Below, in pieces: positions 18,452 to 26,928 of a stretch of 64,000 nt of DNA; position 1 is the first letter of the stretch, and each line of letters starts with the position of its first letter. The notes below the pieces were generated by a model. That model was given only the letters and a program-made list of their open reading frames with translations, made no database searches and was not told the DNA's origin. The DNA comes from Escherichia phage QL01. Both the position numbers and the translations under genes were made by a program. The stretch lies in the sequence record NC_028847.1; one strand, given 5' to 3'.

Positions 18452-19012
18452 TTAAGAGTTCATAGTTGGGATAACAGAGTTCAGATAAGAGACTAAAACT
18501 TTTAGTTCGTCTTTAGTAAATACCACTTCACTTTCACCATCGTGTCTTTGGGTCAAGGATAACAAATCACGGCCCTGATGTTGATACACGGTTAATTCAG
18601 TATCATAATTCAGTTCTTCTTCATCACCTTCAAAGGTTTCACTAGAACGAATCACGGCATCTTGGCCAGGGACTTTCCATTCAACTTCCGGCTTGCATTC
18701 TTCCTGGAACAGTTTGAAAATACAATCAAAGAATTTATCAGAATCGCTGATGCTCAGACATTCAATACCATTTTCCAGATTAAACCCGGTTTCATTTTTA
18801 TAGATATAGGCAAACATATCATCATTGATATCGATAGGAGCACTAGCCCGACCGTTAAGATAATCGTGTCTATCTAAAACCATTAAATCATAAAGCGGTT
18901 TAATATCAGCGATAGTCAGTACGATTTTATCGTCTTCTTGTGAAAGCTCAATTGCGTTATTAACTACTTCAGCGGACAGTTCGCCAAACAATTCAGTTGT
19001 TTCAATAATCAT
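18452..19012 (-). CDS. hypothetical acidic protein
   Basis: 186-aa ORF rich in D/E; stop embedded in SD of next gene. Confidence 0.45.
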   Translation of the reverse strand: MIIETTELFGELSAEVVNNAIELSQEDDKIVLTIADIKPLYDLMVLDRHDYLNGRASAPIDINDDMFAYIYKNETGFNLENGIECLSISDSDKFFDCIFKLFQEECKPEVEWKVPGQDAVIRSSETFEGDEEELNYDTELTVYQHQGRDLLSLTQRHDGESEVVFTKDELKVLVSYLNSVIPTMNS

Positions 19013-19022
19013 TTTCTATTCC

Positions 19023-19220
19023 TCAACGGTTATGTTTTAAAATACTATAAAGCTCTTCGACTTGGTCTGCATTCAGACAAATCATATCATTTTCTTGTTG
19101 GAGCGTGATTCCACCTTTTTCTTCCCAATCTTTAACAAAGACGTCATCGTCAGATTCTTCAACATCTGCTAAAAGGGCAATCACACCATCTTCAGAACAA
19201 CCATTTGGATCGTATAACAT
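19023..19220 (-). CDS. hypothetical acidic protein
   Basis: 65-aa ORF. Confidence 0.4.
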   Translation of the reverse strand: MLYDPNGCSEDGVIALLADVEESDDDVFVKDWEEKGGITLQQENDMICLNADQVEELYSILKHNR

Positions 19221-19316
19221 TTACAATTTCCTCACTAACCATGAAAAGAATAAACCGATTAAAATAGGGCCTATAATCATTGTTGACCAAGCCCAAGGTT
19301 CAAGATAGTAAATCAT
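19221..19316 (-). CDS. possible 31-aa hydrophobic peptide (MIYYLEPWAWSTMIIGPILIGLFFSWLVRKL), below ORF-track cutoff
   Basis: ATG at 19316-19314 with GGAG 9 nt upstream; TAA directly abuts ATG of next gene. Confidence 0.3.
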   Translation of the reverse strand: MIYYLEPWAWSTMIIGPILIGLFFSWLVRKL

Positions 19317-19341
19317 CTTCAGGCTCCTGTGCCATCAGCCA

Positions 19342-19524
19342 TTATGCTTTCAACTCATTAAGATACTCAACCAAGGCCGCTTTAGAATTAGCCAAATCTC
19401 GTTTACACTGCTCTATTCCGGAATATGAATAGCCTTCGCAATGTTCTACTGCACTATCATAAGAATCACGTTCAATAGCAGTAGCTAGTTTAAGGATTTG
19501 TTCAATCTGTTCAGTAGTTAACAT
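19342..19524 (-). CDS. hypothetical protein
   Basis: 60-aa ORF. Confidence 0.35.
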   Translation of the reverse strand: MLTTEQIEQILKLATAIERDSYDSAVEHCEGYSYSGIEQCKRDLANSKAALVEYLNELKA

Positions 19525-19528
19525 AATA

Positions 19529-19765
19529 TCACCAGTATTTGTTGATAGTAGAAATTAATTCTTGGGCTTGGGTAGTCTTCAGTTTACATCCACAACCCTT
19601 TAATGTGTCTTTAAGGAGCCACGGTTCCTTGAGCTCGTCCTTTTCTAGACGAATTCTGTATCCTCGATAATCAGCGAAGATACTTCGGTCGTCGAATATC
19701 TTAATCTCAAGGATACGACCGTTGATTTCATATTCTAATGAAACCGTAGTACTTGTAAGTTTCAT
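19529..19765 (-). CDS. hypothetical protein
   Basis: 78-aa ORF directly downstream of a core-bearing promoter cassette. Confidence 0.4.
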   Translation of the reverse strand: MKLTSTTVSLEYEINGRILEIKIFDDRSIFADYRGYRIRLEKDELKEPWLLKDTLKGCGCKLKTTQAQELISTINKYW

Positions 19766-19822
19766 ACTGTTCTCCTCATTAGTTGATAGGTCTATAGTAT
19801 CATGTTCCTAGAGGATGTAAAC
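19766..19822 (-). promoter_or_regulatory. PeSL-like early promoter cassette (core ttgataggtctatagtatca)
   Basis: Core 19783-19802; gtaaac 19817-19822; minus strand GTTTAC-17 nt-TACTAT. Confidence 0.6.
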
Positions 19823-19830
19823 ACCTAAAC

Positions 19831-19857
19831 GAAAAAAGGTCCCACCGAAGTGAGACC
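19831..19857 (-). terminator. intrinsic terminator, GGUCUCAC-UUCG-GUGGGACC hairpin plus U6
   Basis: Plus-strand aaaaaaggtcccaccgaagtgagacc, directly after stop of gene 19863..20246. Confidence 0.6.
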
Positions 19858-19862
19858 TTTGA

Positions 19863-20246
19863 TTATTCTAACGTCAGCAAATACTTAGTCTGGTAAAAGA
19901 CGCCAGTGATATCGTCCAAAGTCGACTGGATGGCCTTAGGAAGTGTATCATAGATTTTATCAGATGCTTTAAGAAGCTCGTCAAGGAAATCTACAGGGTC
20001 CTTAGGCAAGTCTGAAGCAGACGGTAATGATGCTTTATATTCTTTGCCACTGAATCCAAGATATTGCTCACTAAATTGGTCCAGCGGTCCTTGAACTTCT
20101 ACATAATAGAAGTCATACGCTTTGTGTCTTGCATAGCTTTTGGTTTCTAAATGGGCTGACTTAAAATAGGCTAAAGAAACCAGTAGCCAACCAATATAAG
20201 AATCCACTTCAGACCCTCGACTGGGTACGAAATCATTGAACTTCAT
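19863..20246 (-). CDS. hypothetical protein
   Basis: 127-aa ORF followed by intrinsic terminator. Confidence 0.45.
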   Translation of the reverse strand: MKFNDFVPSRGSEVDSYIGWLLVSLAYFKSAHLETKSYARHKAYDFYYVEVQGPLDQFSEQYLGFSGKEYKASLPSASDLPKDPVDFLDELLKASDKIYDTLPKAIQSTLDDITGVFYQTKYLLTLE

Positions 20247-20526
20247 CTTCCACCTTCATTAGTTTTACATAACGCTCTCCGATGGCCCGACCTTCAATTG
20301 AGCACGCTTCTATAGTCCGACAACTTGAAATCTTCCAGGAAGCCGTAACATAGGCCCAATAGTCTTCGGAGGCCTTTACGCTGGGTCTACTCATTTGCGC
20401 ATAAACAGGCATCGCACTACTAGCAAATGCATCCATCAATTTATCATTGGCACCATTTGCTAGTGAAACTGTAGGGCTTAAACATCCCGCCATAAGGATA
20501 CAAGCCGCTGTACGGAAAATATCCAT
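20233..20526 (-). CDS. hypothetical lipoprotein (signal peptide with lipobox-like LMAGC)
   Basis: 97 aa; N-terminal hydrophobic segment ending AGC. Confidence 0.4.
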   Translation of the reverse strand: MDIFRTAACILMAGCLSPTVSLANGANDKLMDAFASSAMPVYAQMSRPSVKASEDYWAYVTASWKISSCRTIEACSIEGRAIGERYVKLMKVEDEVQ

Positions 20527-20615
20527 ACAAAAGTCCTTTGTTGTTTTATACTATTTGCCTTTCGGCCTTAACCGATAGCGATTACCAAAAGCTAAAGCTC
20601 TACGGTTAGTATTAT

Positions 20616-20623
20616 TATTTATA
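20616..20623 (-). promoter_or_regulatory. candidate late promoter TATAAATA overlapping stop of the rI-like ORF
   Basis: Plus-strand tatttata at 20616-20623; exact match to T4 late -10 consensus. Confidence 0.3.
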
Positions 20624-20897
20624 GCTTTTTAAGCTTACGACAATAAGAATAGAACACGTCGTTAAAATTATATTCAACCCAATTCCTCTGTATAGGCGAG
20701 GTAATGGAAAGCATATAATGCGCTTTAATTAAATCCATCCCGTTTTTATTAGGACACTCTTTATTATTAGCATTATACGTCGCTGCTACAACCTCTATCT
20801 CTCTTTTGTAAGCCACATCATCCATGATAGGCGAAAGAACAATATAAGAAATAGCCACAGCGAACGCTAGAATTAAAATCTTTGAATTTAGGTCCAT
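20619..20897 (-). CDS. RI-like small periplasmic/membrane-anchored protein (lysis-inhibition regulator candidate)
   Basis: 92 aa, N-terminal signal-anchor ending VLSP, Cys-containing C-terminal domain; lies directly downstream of tk where T4 encodes rI. Confidence 0.35.
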   Translation of the reverse strand: MDLNSKILILAFAVAISYIVLSPIMDDVAYKREIEVVAATYNANNKECPNKNGMDLIKAHYMLSITSPIQRNWVEYNFNDVFYSYCRKLKKL

Positions 20898-20904
20898 AAT
20901 ACCC

Positions 20905-21477
20905 TCAACTCGTTATTTCTATCCAGTGCTTCCTGCACAATGACACGTAAGAATCGTTGCCACCTATAGAAACTTGGGCGCCGTCCTTAATTGCGATACC
21001 ATCCTGGACCCTAGCAGTCATAGTAGCTTTACGGCCACAATGGCACACACCTTTGTACTCAACGAGTTTATCTGCCGTAGCGAGTAATTCAGCAGAGCCA
21101 GGAAACAGTTTACCCTGAAAATCAGTTCTTAGCCCATAGCACATAACCGGAACATTATAATTGTCTACTATCTTTGCCAGTTGTTTTATCTGTGCAGGTT
21201 CTAAGAACTGTGCTTCATCCACAAATACACAGTGGATATCTTTTTGAGATTCAGCCCAACGATAGAACTCGTATAGGTCCATATCCGGAGTCACGGCATT
21301 AGCCTCTTGACTAATCCCTATACGAGACGAAATGCTATGGCTTGATTCTCTATTGTCTATCGCAGGCTTTAAAAGGAGTACACCCATACCGCGTTCTTTG
21401 TAGTTATGAGCGGCCGTTAGCAATGAAGCAGTCTTCCCGGAATTCATCGCCGCATAATGAAAATAAAGTTGAGCCAT
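20905..21477 (-). CDS. tk: thymidine kinase
   Basis: 190 aa; P-loop AAMNSGKTASLL, conserved VDEAQF and zinc-ribbon CHCG...C; colinear with T4 Tk. Confidence 0.9.
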   Translation of the reverse strand: MAQLYFHYAAMNSGKTASLLTAAHNYKERGMGVLLLKPAIDNRESSHSISSRIGISQEANAVTPDMDLYEFYRWAESQKDIHCVFVDEAQFLEPAQIKQLAKIVDNYNVPVMCYGLRTDFQGKLFPGSAELLATADKLVEYKGVCHCGRKATMTARVQDGIAIKDGAQVSIGGNDSYVSLCRKHWIEITS

Positions 21478-21486
21478 ATTACCTTC

Positions 21487-21681
21487 TTAAAGACTATTTA
21501 CATAAGCAATTAATTCATTTTCCTTTTTAGAAAACTCATCCTCTTCACCACCTCTCCAATCCCAATCCAGAGAGTTATCAAATTCACATTCTATGTTGAG
21601 TTCCATAAGCTCATGGATAAGCTCAAACAATTTATCTTTCTGTTCTTTACTCAGACTCATAACCATTGCACCTTTAAGCAA
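21487..21681 (-). CDS. hypothetical acidic protein
   Basis: 64-aa ORF. Confidence 0.35.
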   Translation of the reverse strand: MLKGAMVMSLSKEQKDKLFELIHELMELNIECEFDNSLDWDWRGGEEDEFSKKENELIAYVNSL

Positions 21682-21869
21682 TATTCTTCTACATGCTGTT
21701 TACGTTTATTTTTATCTATAAAAGTATATTCAACATATTCACCAATATACCATTTATCGGTGTTGTGTTGACTTTTTATAGGGCATTTAGTTACTCGTGT
21801 TTCGGTCCAGCGTCGAATAATTTCCGCTTTGTTTTTAGGGTCAAACGGATGCGGGTAATGGGCTTTCAT
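21657..21869 (-). CDS. hypothetical protein
   Basis: 70-aa ORF. Confidence 0.35.
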   Translation of the reverse strand: MKAHYPHPFDPKNKAEIIRRWTETRVTKCPIKSQHNTDKWYIGEYVEYTFIDKNKRKQHVEEYCLKVQWL

Positions 21870-22308
21870 AATCTACCACCACTAAATTAATATCAGGAGT
21901 AAACAAATTAATCAATTGGTAAACCTTGTCCCAATCACCACCAGCAATACCACAACCAATGCGAGGGATATAAATTCTTGGTTTAAACAAAAGACCTTTT
22001 GCTTGTTGATTTAATTCTATCATACAGTTTACTAAAGCACCATAATCAAGATTAGGGCCTGGTTCGTATTGGGTATATAAATTATAGCAAATTTGGCCAT
22101 TATTACCTGTGGCTTGAGTAAACGTGCCAAGTTTTGCCAAATTACCTAAATAAGTAGTTTTATCGATAGCGAGAATAGGCGGATAAGCCTTAGCTAATTG
22201 TCCAGCTACACCTGAACCCATTGTGTGGAAACAGTTGCACCCGTGTGCAACATTATTACCTTGAAGAAACAGGGCGACGATATCGCCCTTAATATAATCA
22301 ATAATCAT
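21841..22308 (-). CDS. macro-domain (ADP-ribose binding/processing) protein
   Basis: N-terminal GDIVALFLQGNNVAHGCNCFHTMGSGVAGQLAKAY matches macro-domain GD-I-x...N-x...G-G-G-V pattern; 155 aa. Confidence 0.5.
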   Translation of the reverse strand: MIIDYIKGDIVALFLQGNNVAHGCNCFHTMGSGVAGQLAKAYPPILAIDKTTYLGNLAKLGTFTQATGNNGQICYNLYTQYEPGPNLDYGALVNCMIELNQQAKGLLFKPRIYIPRIGCGIAGGDWDKVYQLINLFTPDINLVVVDYESPLPASV

Positions 22309-22661
22309 TTAGAGTTTAATCCTCGATTGTATGAGTCAACGAGTCTGTCTACCATAGACGCGCACATTTCTTTGTACTTTTTATCAGATGGAATACATTC
22401 AGTAACGTTTAGACGTTGCTCGTATCTTTTAGAAAGAGTTTTCTCTTTCATTCGGCGATGCTCTACGTCATTCTGGCCATCTTTAAAAGCAGCTGTGATT
22501 TTTGAACTGAATTCGATAATGCATTCAGTATTGCTCGGATGACAATAATCTTTTGCTGTACGGGTAGCATACTCGACAATTGAATTATTACTATCATCAA
22601 CTTGTGACGCTAATACTCCCGGAGCAATCAACATAAGCGCTATAGTCATCTGCTTAATCAT
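22305..22661 (-). CDS. hypothetical secreted protein (signal peptide)
   Basis: 118 aa; N-terminal MIKQMTIALMLIAPGVLASQ. Confidence 0.4.
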   Translation of the reverse strand: MIKQMTIALMLIAPGVLASQVDDSNNSIVEYATRTAKDYCHPSNTECIIEFSSKITAAFKDGQNDVEHRRMKEKTLSKRYEQRLNVTECIPSDKKYKEMCASMVDRLVDSYNRGLNSK

Positions 22662-23201
22662 TTAATACACCGCCTCAAACATCTTTTTAGATTTTAGGTA
22701 ATTGGCCTTTTCTAGAACTTCAGAAGCATATTTACTGCCTGCTTTGGCGTTCCAGCCCGCATTATAAGAAGCAATCGCTTTTCTCAGGTCACCTTTGTGA
22801 ACATCAATCCAATAAGACAGTTCAATGTAGGCCCAAGAGGCACTGTTCTGTCGTTTTTGGACCATACGAATTATTTCTTTGTCAGACATCTTCCAACCTA
22901 CCTGTTGAACACGACTTCTTAACGTAGGCAAGTAATTTTGGAACATGCCATAAGCATGGTGCTTATCTTTATTTAAACCCTGATTAATTCCGGCAGATGA
23001 TTCCTGCCATAGTAATCCGGCCATAATATATCCTAATCCTTTTTGATTAGGGTTTTCTTTGAACTTTCCCGACTTTTGGTATTGTTCACCGAAAGCATAC
23101 GCATAATGTAAATTATCGAGTTGTTCATTACTGAAAGTAGGCTCTACGCTATGGGCAGACATACTAACTGTCAATAGTAAAGTGGCTAATACTTTTTTCA
23201 T
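22662..23201 (-). CDS. secreted lysozyme-like/lytic transglycosylase-like protein (T4 vs.1 position)
   Basis: Signal peptide MKKVLATLLLTVSMSAHS; catalytic-like LWQESS and YGMFQ motifs; 179 aa. Confidence 0.45.
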   Translation of the reverse strand: MKKVLATLLLTVSMSAHSVEPTFSNEQLDNLHYAYAFGEQYQKSGKFKENPNQKGLGYIMAGLLWQESSAGINQGLNKDKHHAYGMFQNYLPTLRSRVQQVGWKMSDKEIIRMVQKRQNSASWAYIELSYWIDVHKGDLRKAIASYNAGWNAKAGSKYASEVLEKANYLKSKKMFEAVY

Positions 23202-23213
23202 GAGACCTCATTA

Positions 23214-23672
23214 TTAAAGATAGATTACTTTCGTGCTGGTTTTACCTTCTAAACGTTTAGAGTTAACAAATGCCATACGACATTTAAGGGAATATCCTTT
23301 ATCAGGATGTTTACGGTCTACTGTCATACCTAGCCATAAGGTTTTATCGGTAATTTCGAGACGCAATGGACGATACACTTTACCAGGGACAATTTCGGAT
23401 TCTACATCAGGTAGAGGTTCCTGGATTAAAAATTCATGAATTTCTTTAACATGGTTATGGAGTTGCTTGAATAAAGCAAAAACGTATTTTTCGTCGATTT
23501 CACGTTGGATAGCACGGTCCAACAAGTGATTAGAGTACTTAATAAAGAAGGCTGGGACTCCGCTCTTGATGGCGGCTTTTTTGATGGACGTATTCAGTTC
23601 ACGGAATTCGGTTTCGAACTGACGACGTAATTTATTGCGGCGGATGAATACTTCTGAATTAATTTCTGACAT
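23214..23672 (-). CDS. regB: RegB endoribonuclease
   Basis: 152 aa; FIRRNKLRR...HLLDRAIQREIDE...RLEITD...LWLG resembles T4 RegB; location between tk and denV as in T4. Confidence 0.75.
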   Translation of the reverse strand: MSEINSEVFIRRNKLRRQFETEFRELNTSIKKAAIKSGVPAFFIKYSNHLLDRAIQREIDEKYVFALFKQLHNHVKEIHEFLIQEPLPDVESEIVPGKVYRPLRLEITDKTLWLGMTVDRKHPDKGYSLKCRMAFVNSKRLEGKTSTKVIYL

Positions 23673-23729
23673 TTTGTAATCTCCTGTAGTTGATAGGTCT
23701 ATAGTACCACGTCTACAGGAGATGTAAAC
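23673..23729 (-). promoter_or_regulatory. PeSL-like early promoter cassette upstream of regB (IR CTCCTGTAG/CTACAGGAG)
   Basis: Core variant 23690-23709; gtaaac 23724-23729; arms 23681-23689 and 23713-23721. Confidence 0.6.
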
Positions 23730-23733
23730 TGCT

Positions 23734-23985
23734 TTATTCTTGGAATGGGGTAAGTTTTCCAGCAGCTGAACAAATTTCTACCAGTACAGGGTAAAACTCT
23801 TTCACTTGTTCAAGGCGTTGGGCTGCATACTGTACTTCACCTTCTTCGAGACAAGCCATTTGGTCGTCAAGCAAGTATTTGTGGTAGCCAGTACAGGCTT
23901 CACCGATGATACGCTGGAAATCTTGTAAACTTTCAATTTTCATCAGTATTTTTCCTCGGGTTGGAAAACGGAACGACACGCCCAC
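23734..23985 (-). CDS. hypothetical protein
   Basis: 83-aa ORF. Confidence 0.35.
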   Translation of the reverse strand: MGVSFRFPTRGKILMKIESLQDFQRIIGEACTGYHKYLLDDQMACLEEGEVQYAAQRLEQVKEFYPVLVEICSAAGKLTPFQE

Positions 23986-24221
23986 ATGCTTGCTTCTTTC
24001 AGACGGTCAATTGCATTACGAATCTGGGTGATGCGTTCATGAGCCTGGTCTAGTTCTTGTTCAGAAACCTCTTCGGTATCTAAGTTCATATAATGAGTAA
24101 CATGTTCTTCTTCCAGAGCTTTAAACATTAACCCAAGACGAACTTCAGCATCTTTGATAGCGTTTACTTTACCGATTTTATCGTCGGTATGCGGCTTATA
24201 ACCCTTGATATCTTCAATCAT
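23943..24221 (-). CDS. hypothetical small helical protein (in T4 vs.1-vs.8 position)
   Basis: 92-aa ORF, predicted largely helical from E/K/L-rich composition. Confidence 0.4.
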   Translation of the reverse strand: MIEDIKGYKPHTDDKIGKVNAIKDAEVRLGLMFKALEEEHVTHYMNLDTEEVSEQELDQAHERITQIRNAIDRLKEASMWACRSVFQPEEKY

Positions 24222-24436
24222 TTCACTTCCTCGCCAGTTGCGATATCATATTCTACCAAACGAAGGCCTTCAGTCCAACCTTGCACGGAGATATAGGTAG
24301 TCGGGTAAATCATTTCTTTACCATTCCACCGACCGCCATCCCAGACTTCCAGAAAGTCTTGTTCACCTGGTCCATTAAGCCATTCAACAAATCTTTTCAG
24401 AGCTTCTTCAGAACCTTCAATTGTCAATTTAGACAT
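24218..24436 (-). CDS. hypothetical protein
   Basis: 72-aa ORF, 4-nt overlaps with neighbours. Confidence 0.4.
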   Translation of the reverse strand: MSKLTIEGSEEALKRFVEWLNGPGEQDFLEVWDGGRWNGKEMIYPTTYISVQGWTEGLRLVEYDIATGEEVK

Positions 24437-24773
24437 ATTTTTTCCAATCAGAAATCATATGAATCTCTTGGTCATAAGTCAAGAGACTACGAGCAATAAT
24501 ACCCTTACAAGGCCCTGAGATGAACTCGAGAGTGAAGTAAGGAACCTGTTTCATTAATCGGATACTAGGAGCATGACATCTAAAACGAGAGCCCTTAAAG
24601 GGCCCTGTCATGAATACATATTCCAATGGGTAGAAATAAGCATATTCGAAATTTGCAGTAAGGTCCTCTCTTCGAACCTTACGTGAGAAATAACAGAACT
24701 CAAAAAGTTCTTCATCAGTCATCATTGCATTCCTATCACAAAGAACAGAGGCAAAGGCTTGTCGCCTTGGCAC
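24429..24773 (-). CDS. hypothetical protein (start probably internal)
   Basis: 114-aa ORF overlapping upstream gene end. Confidence 0.35.
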   Translation of the reverse strand: MPRRQAFASVLCDRNAMMTDEELFEFCYFSRKVRREDLTANFEYAYFYPLEYVFMTGPFKGSRFRCHAPSIRLMKQVPYFTLEFISGPCKGIIARSLLTYDQEIHMISDWKKYV

Positions 24774-25249
24774 ATAAATTTATTAATCATTACCTGGTAA
24801 GCTTCATAGAACTTATCCATCGCTGGAAGGCGCATTGGCTCTTCGATAATAATCAATAATCGAGTAACAGATAGTCCACGATACTTATGGAAATTGTCTT
24901 CATCAAGGAAACTGCGCACAGTATCATAGACAACAAAACCAGGACCTTCGACTTGGAGATGTGGGTGTGCCTTAGAAACCTGTTTTATTACATTACAAAT
25001 TTCTCGCGAGCGATGCGAAGAACTCGACATAACAATCACATCATTACCCTTGGAAACCCAATCAGCGGCGAACTGAGCAAGGGCACTTGTTTTACCTGTT
25101 TGGCGTCCGCCATCAAGTCGAAGAGTACCAAACTCTTGCATTCTTGAAGTAGGTTCATACCATGTGTATTGGTCTGAGTCTAAACGTTCAATGGCGCGTT
25201 CAGCGAAGGCGTGCATTAAGGTTAGATAAATGGGAGTTAAAAATTTCAT
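24722..25249 (-). CDS. P-loop-containing protein (GGRQTGKTS)
   Basis: 175 aa; Walker A-like motif at residues ~47-55. Confidence 0.45.
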   Translation of the reverse strand: MKFLTPIYLTLMHAFAERAIERLDSDQYTWYEPTSRMQEFGTLRLDGGRQTGKTSALAQFAADWVSKGNDVIVMSSSSHRSREICNVIKQVSKAHPHLQVEGPGFVVYDTVRSFLDEDNFHKYRGLSVTRLLIIIEEPMRLPAMDKFYEAYQVMINKFMCQGDKPLPLFFVIGMQ

Positions 25250-25409
25250 AGTAGTCTCTTAGTGGTGGGGCCATTCCTTGGCACATAATTCGTCCATGTA
25301 TCCGTATGTAAACCCTTTACCGCACTTGGGCTCGACCTTATTACAGGTAGGGAAAGGTCCATCACTCAGAGGACGCGACGTTCATGAGGAGAGGGCCGGC
25401 TTGCCTTTA

Positions 25410-25709
25410 TTAGAAAGAACCAGAACCTCTAATTGTGTTCTGGCGACCTTTATTTTCTAATTCGGAGTGGTCGATTTCATATGCTTGTGCTACGCCAAAG
25501 GCCTTTTTAACTTTAGCTAAAGAACCTTTAGATGTAACAATATTAAAAGTATTACCTTTGGTAAAATCAACAAAATCGACTTGTACGCCCTGTTTACCGA
25601 GGCTTGCTACAATAGCATCAACATATTCTTGGTCTAAATTGCCTTGAACTCCAATTTGAAATGCTTTAGGAGCTTTGGCTTCTGTGATAAATTCTTGATA
25701 AGTTTTCAT
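25410..25709 (-). CDS. internal protein with capsid-targeting sequence (ipII-like size)
   Basis: Begins MKTYQEFITEAK, the T4 internal-protein capsid-targeting sequence; 99 aa. Confidence 0.7.
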   Translation of the reverse strand: MKTYQEFITEAKAPKAFQIGVQGNLDQEYVDAIVASLGKQGVQVDFVDFTKGNTFNIVTSKGSLAKVKKAFGVAQAYEIDHSELENKGRQNTIRGSGSF

Positions 25710-25752
25710 TGTTATTCCTTAAGTTGATAGAAGTATTCTATCACGGATTTAA
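25710..25752 (-). promoter_or_regulatory. perfect 8-bp inverted repeat TGATAGAA-gta-TTCTATCA between denV and internal-protein gene
   Basis: Plus-strand ttgatagaagtattctatca; resembles the promoter-cassette core; followed on minus strand by AAGGAA SD. Confidence 0.35.
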
Positions 25753-26169
25753 TTAAGCGTAAATAGCCTTGCCATAATGTTTGTACCAGGTAGGACGCTG
25801 TGCAATTTTTTCATCCAAACGGGTCTGAGATATAGCAATAGAAGCTTCGTGTGGAGTATAGTCACCACGGAATTCCTGAGGAATGTCACTAATGTCCTGG
25901 ACAGTAGTATCCTTGATATTAAAACCACGTTTTAAACATTCGGCTATAAGCTCAATTTGTCGCTTACGTAAAAATTCAAGCTTATCGTAAAAGAATGTAA
26001 CATGGCCTGTGCCAAGGATAAAAGTAGGACTGATTTTGAAATCACGGACACGTTTACCATTAGCAACATGCTTACGAACTGCACCGAAAACACGTGGTAA
26101 TTCACGATATTCAGCCATTAAGTGTTGGTCAGCCAATTCAGATACTAAGGTAAGGTTGATACGAGTCAT
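25753..26169 (-). CDS. denV: endonuclease V (pyrimidine-dimer DNA glycosylase) DenV
   Basis: 138 aa; [34 protein letters not shown], colinear with T4 endo V. Confidence 0.92.
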   Translation of the reverse strand: MTRINLTLVSELADQHLMAEYRELPRVFGAVRKHVANGKRVRDFKISPTFILGTGHVTFFYDKLEFLRKRQIELIAECLKRGFNIKDTTVQDISDIPQEFRGDYTPHEASIAISQTRLDEKIAQRPTWYKHYGKAIYA

Positions 26170-26225
26170 TTTTAATCTCCTGTAGTTGATAGGTCTATAG
26201 TATCATGACTACAGGAGATGTAAAC
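26170..26225 (-). promoter_or_regulatory. PeSL-like early promoter cassette upstream of denV (IR CTCCTGTAG/CTACAGGAG sequestering SD)
   Basis: Core 26186-26205; gtaaac 26220-26225; arms 26177-26185 and 26209-26217. Confidence 0.6.
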
Positions 26226-26249
26226 AACTTTTATCAAGTATAGGCTTTA

Positions 26250-26846
26250 TTAATTACCACGGGCTGCATTAGCAACGGCGTAAGCGTACTGAATATTAGC
26301 GTCTTTAAACGTACCTTTAGAGGTATCTATCTCTGCCTTAAAGCCGCCTTTAACCATAACATCAGCAAATTCTTTACGGAAAGTCATTGCATCAAGACCT
26401 TTCCATGCGGATTTATGCTTGGCAAATTCAAGACCGGCGAAGTTAACTGCTTTAGCCAATTTATTATCAATAGTCCATTTACCTGCTTTAGGTACAAACA
26501 CCGGGCCTTTCTGTTTAGAGAACAGTTTTAAATTCCAGCGACGAAGGTCACCGTCAGCTTTAACAAAAGCTGCGTCCAAGTTACTAGCAACAACATCTTG
26601 GATATGGGCAAATTTAAGTCCATCAGCTTCAATATTTAGGTCGTTACGCCAGCGAAGTCCTTCCCAGGCGAAAGCTTTAAAATCAGAAGCTTTTGTAGCC
26701 AAGTACCGTTCAATAGGAGCTGTTTTAGCGTCAAAACCGTTTCCTGGGTTGTCAACGCCGTTTCCTTTGTAAGTCCACTCATCTTTATTAATGCCTTGGA
26801 CCTTTCCTACAGAAGCTTCGGCGATAAATTCTTTATACGTTTTCAT
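26250..26846 (-). CDS. internal protein with capsid-targeting sequence (ipIII-like size)
   Basis: Begins MKTYKEFIAEAS; 198 aa, Lys/Ala-rich. Confidence 0.7.
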   Translation of the reverse strand: MKTYKEFIAEASVGKVQGINKDEWTYKGNGVDNPGNGFDAKTAPIERYLATKASDFKAFAWEGLRWRNDLNIEADGLKFAHIQDVVASNLDAAFVKADGDLRRWNLKLFSKQKGPVFVPKAGKWTIDNKLAKAVNFAGLEFAKHKSAWKGLDAMTFRKEFADVMVKGGFKAEIDTSKGTFKDANIQYAYAVANAARGN

Positions 26847-26928
26847 ACGGGTTCCTTAAAGGAAAATATTTTAATTGGTCTGTTCAAGTAACTGTAGATA
26901 TACTATCACAATTCTAGGAGATGTAAAC
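26847..26928 (-). promoter_or_regulatory. T4-type early promoter cassette (GTTTAC-17 nt-TAGTAT) upstream of internal-protein gene
   Basis: gtaaac 26923-26928; partial core ctgtagatatactatcaca. Confidence 0.5.

Noticed and set aside
25420-25443. Hairpin CCAGAAC/GTTCTGG considered as a terminator
   Set aside because: Lies inside the 3' end of the internal-protein ORF 25410-25709 and lacks a U-run.
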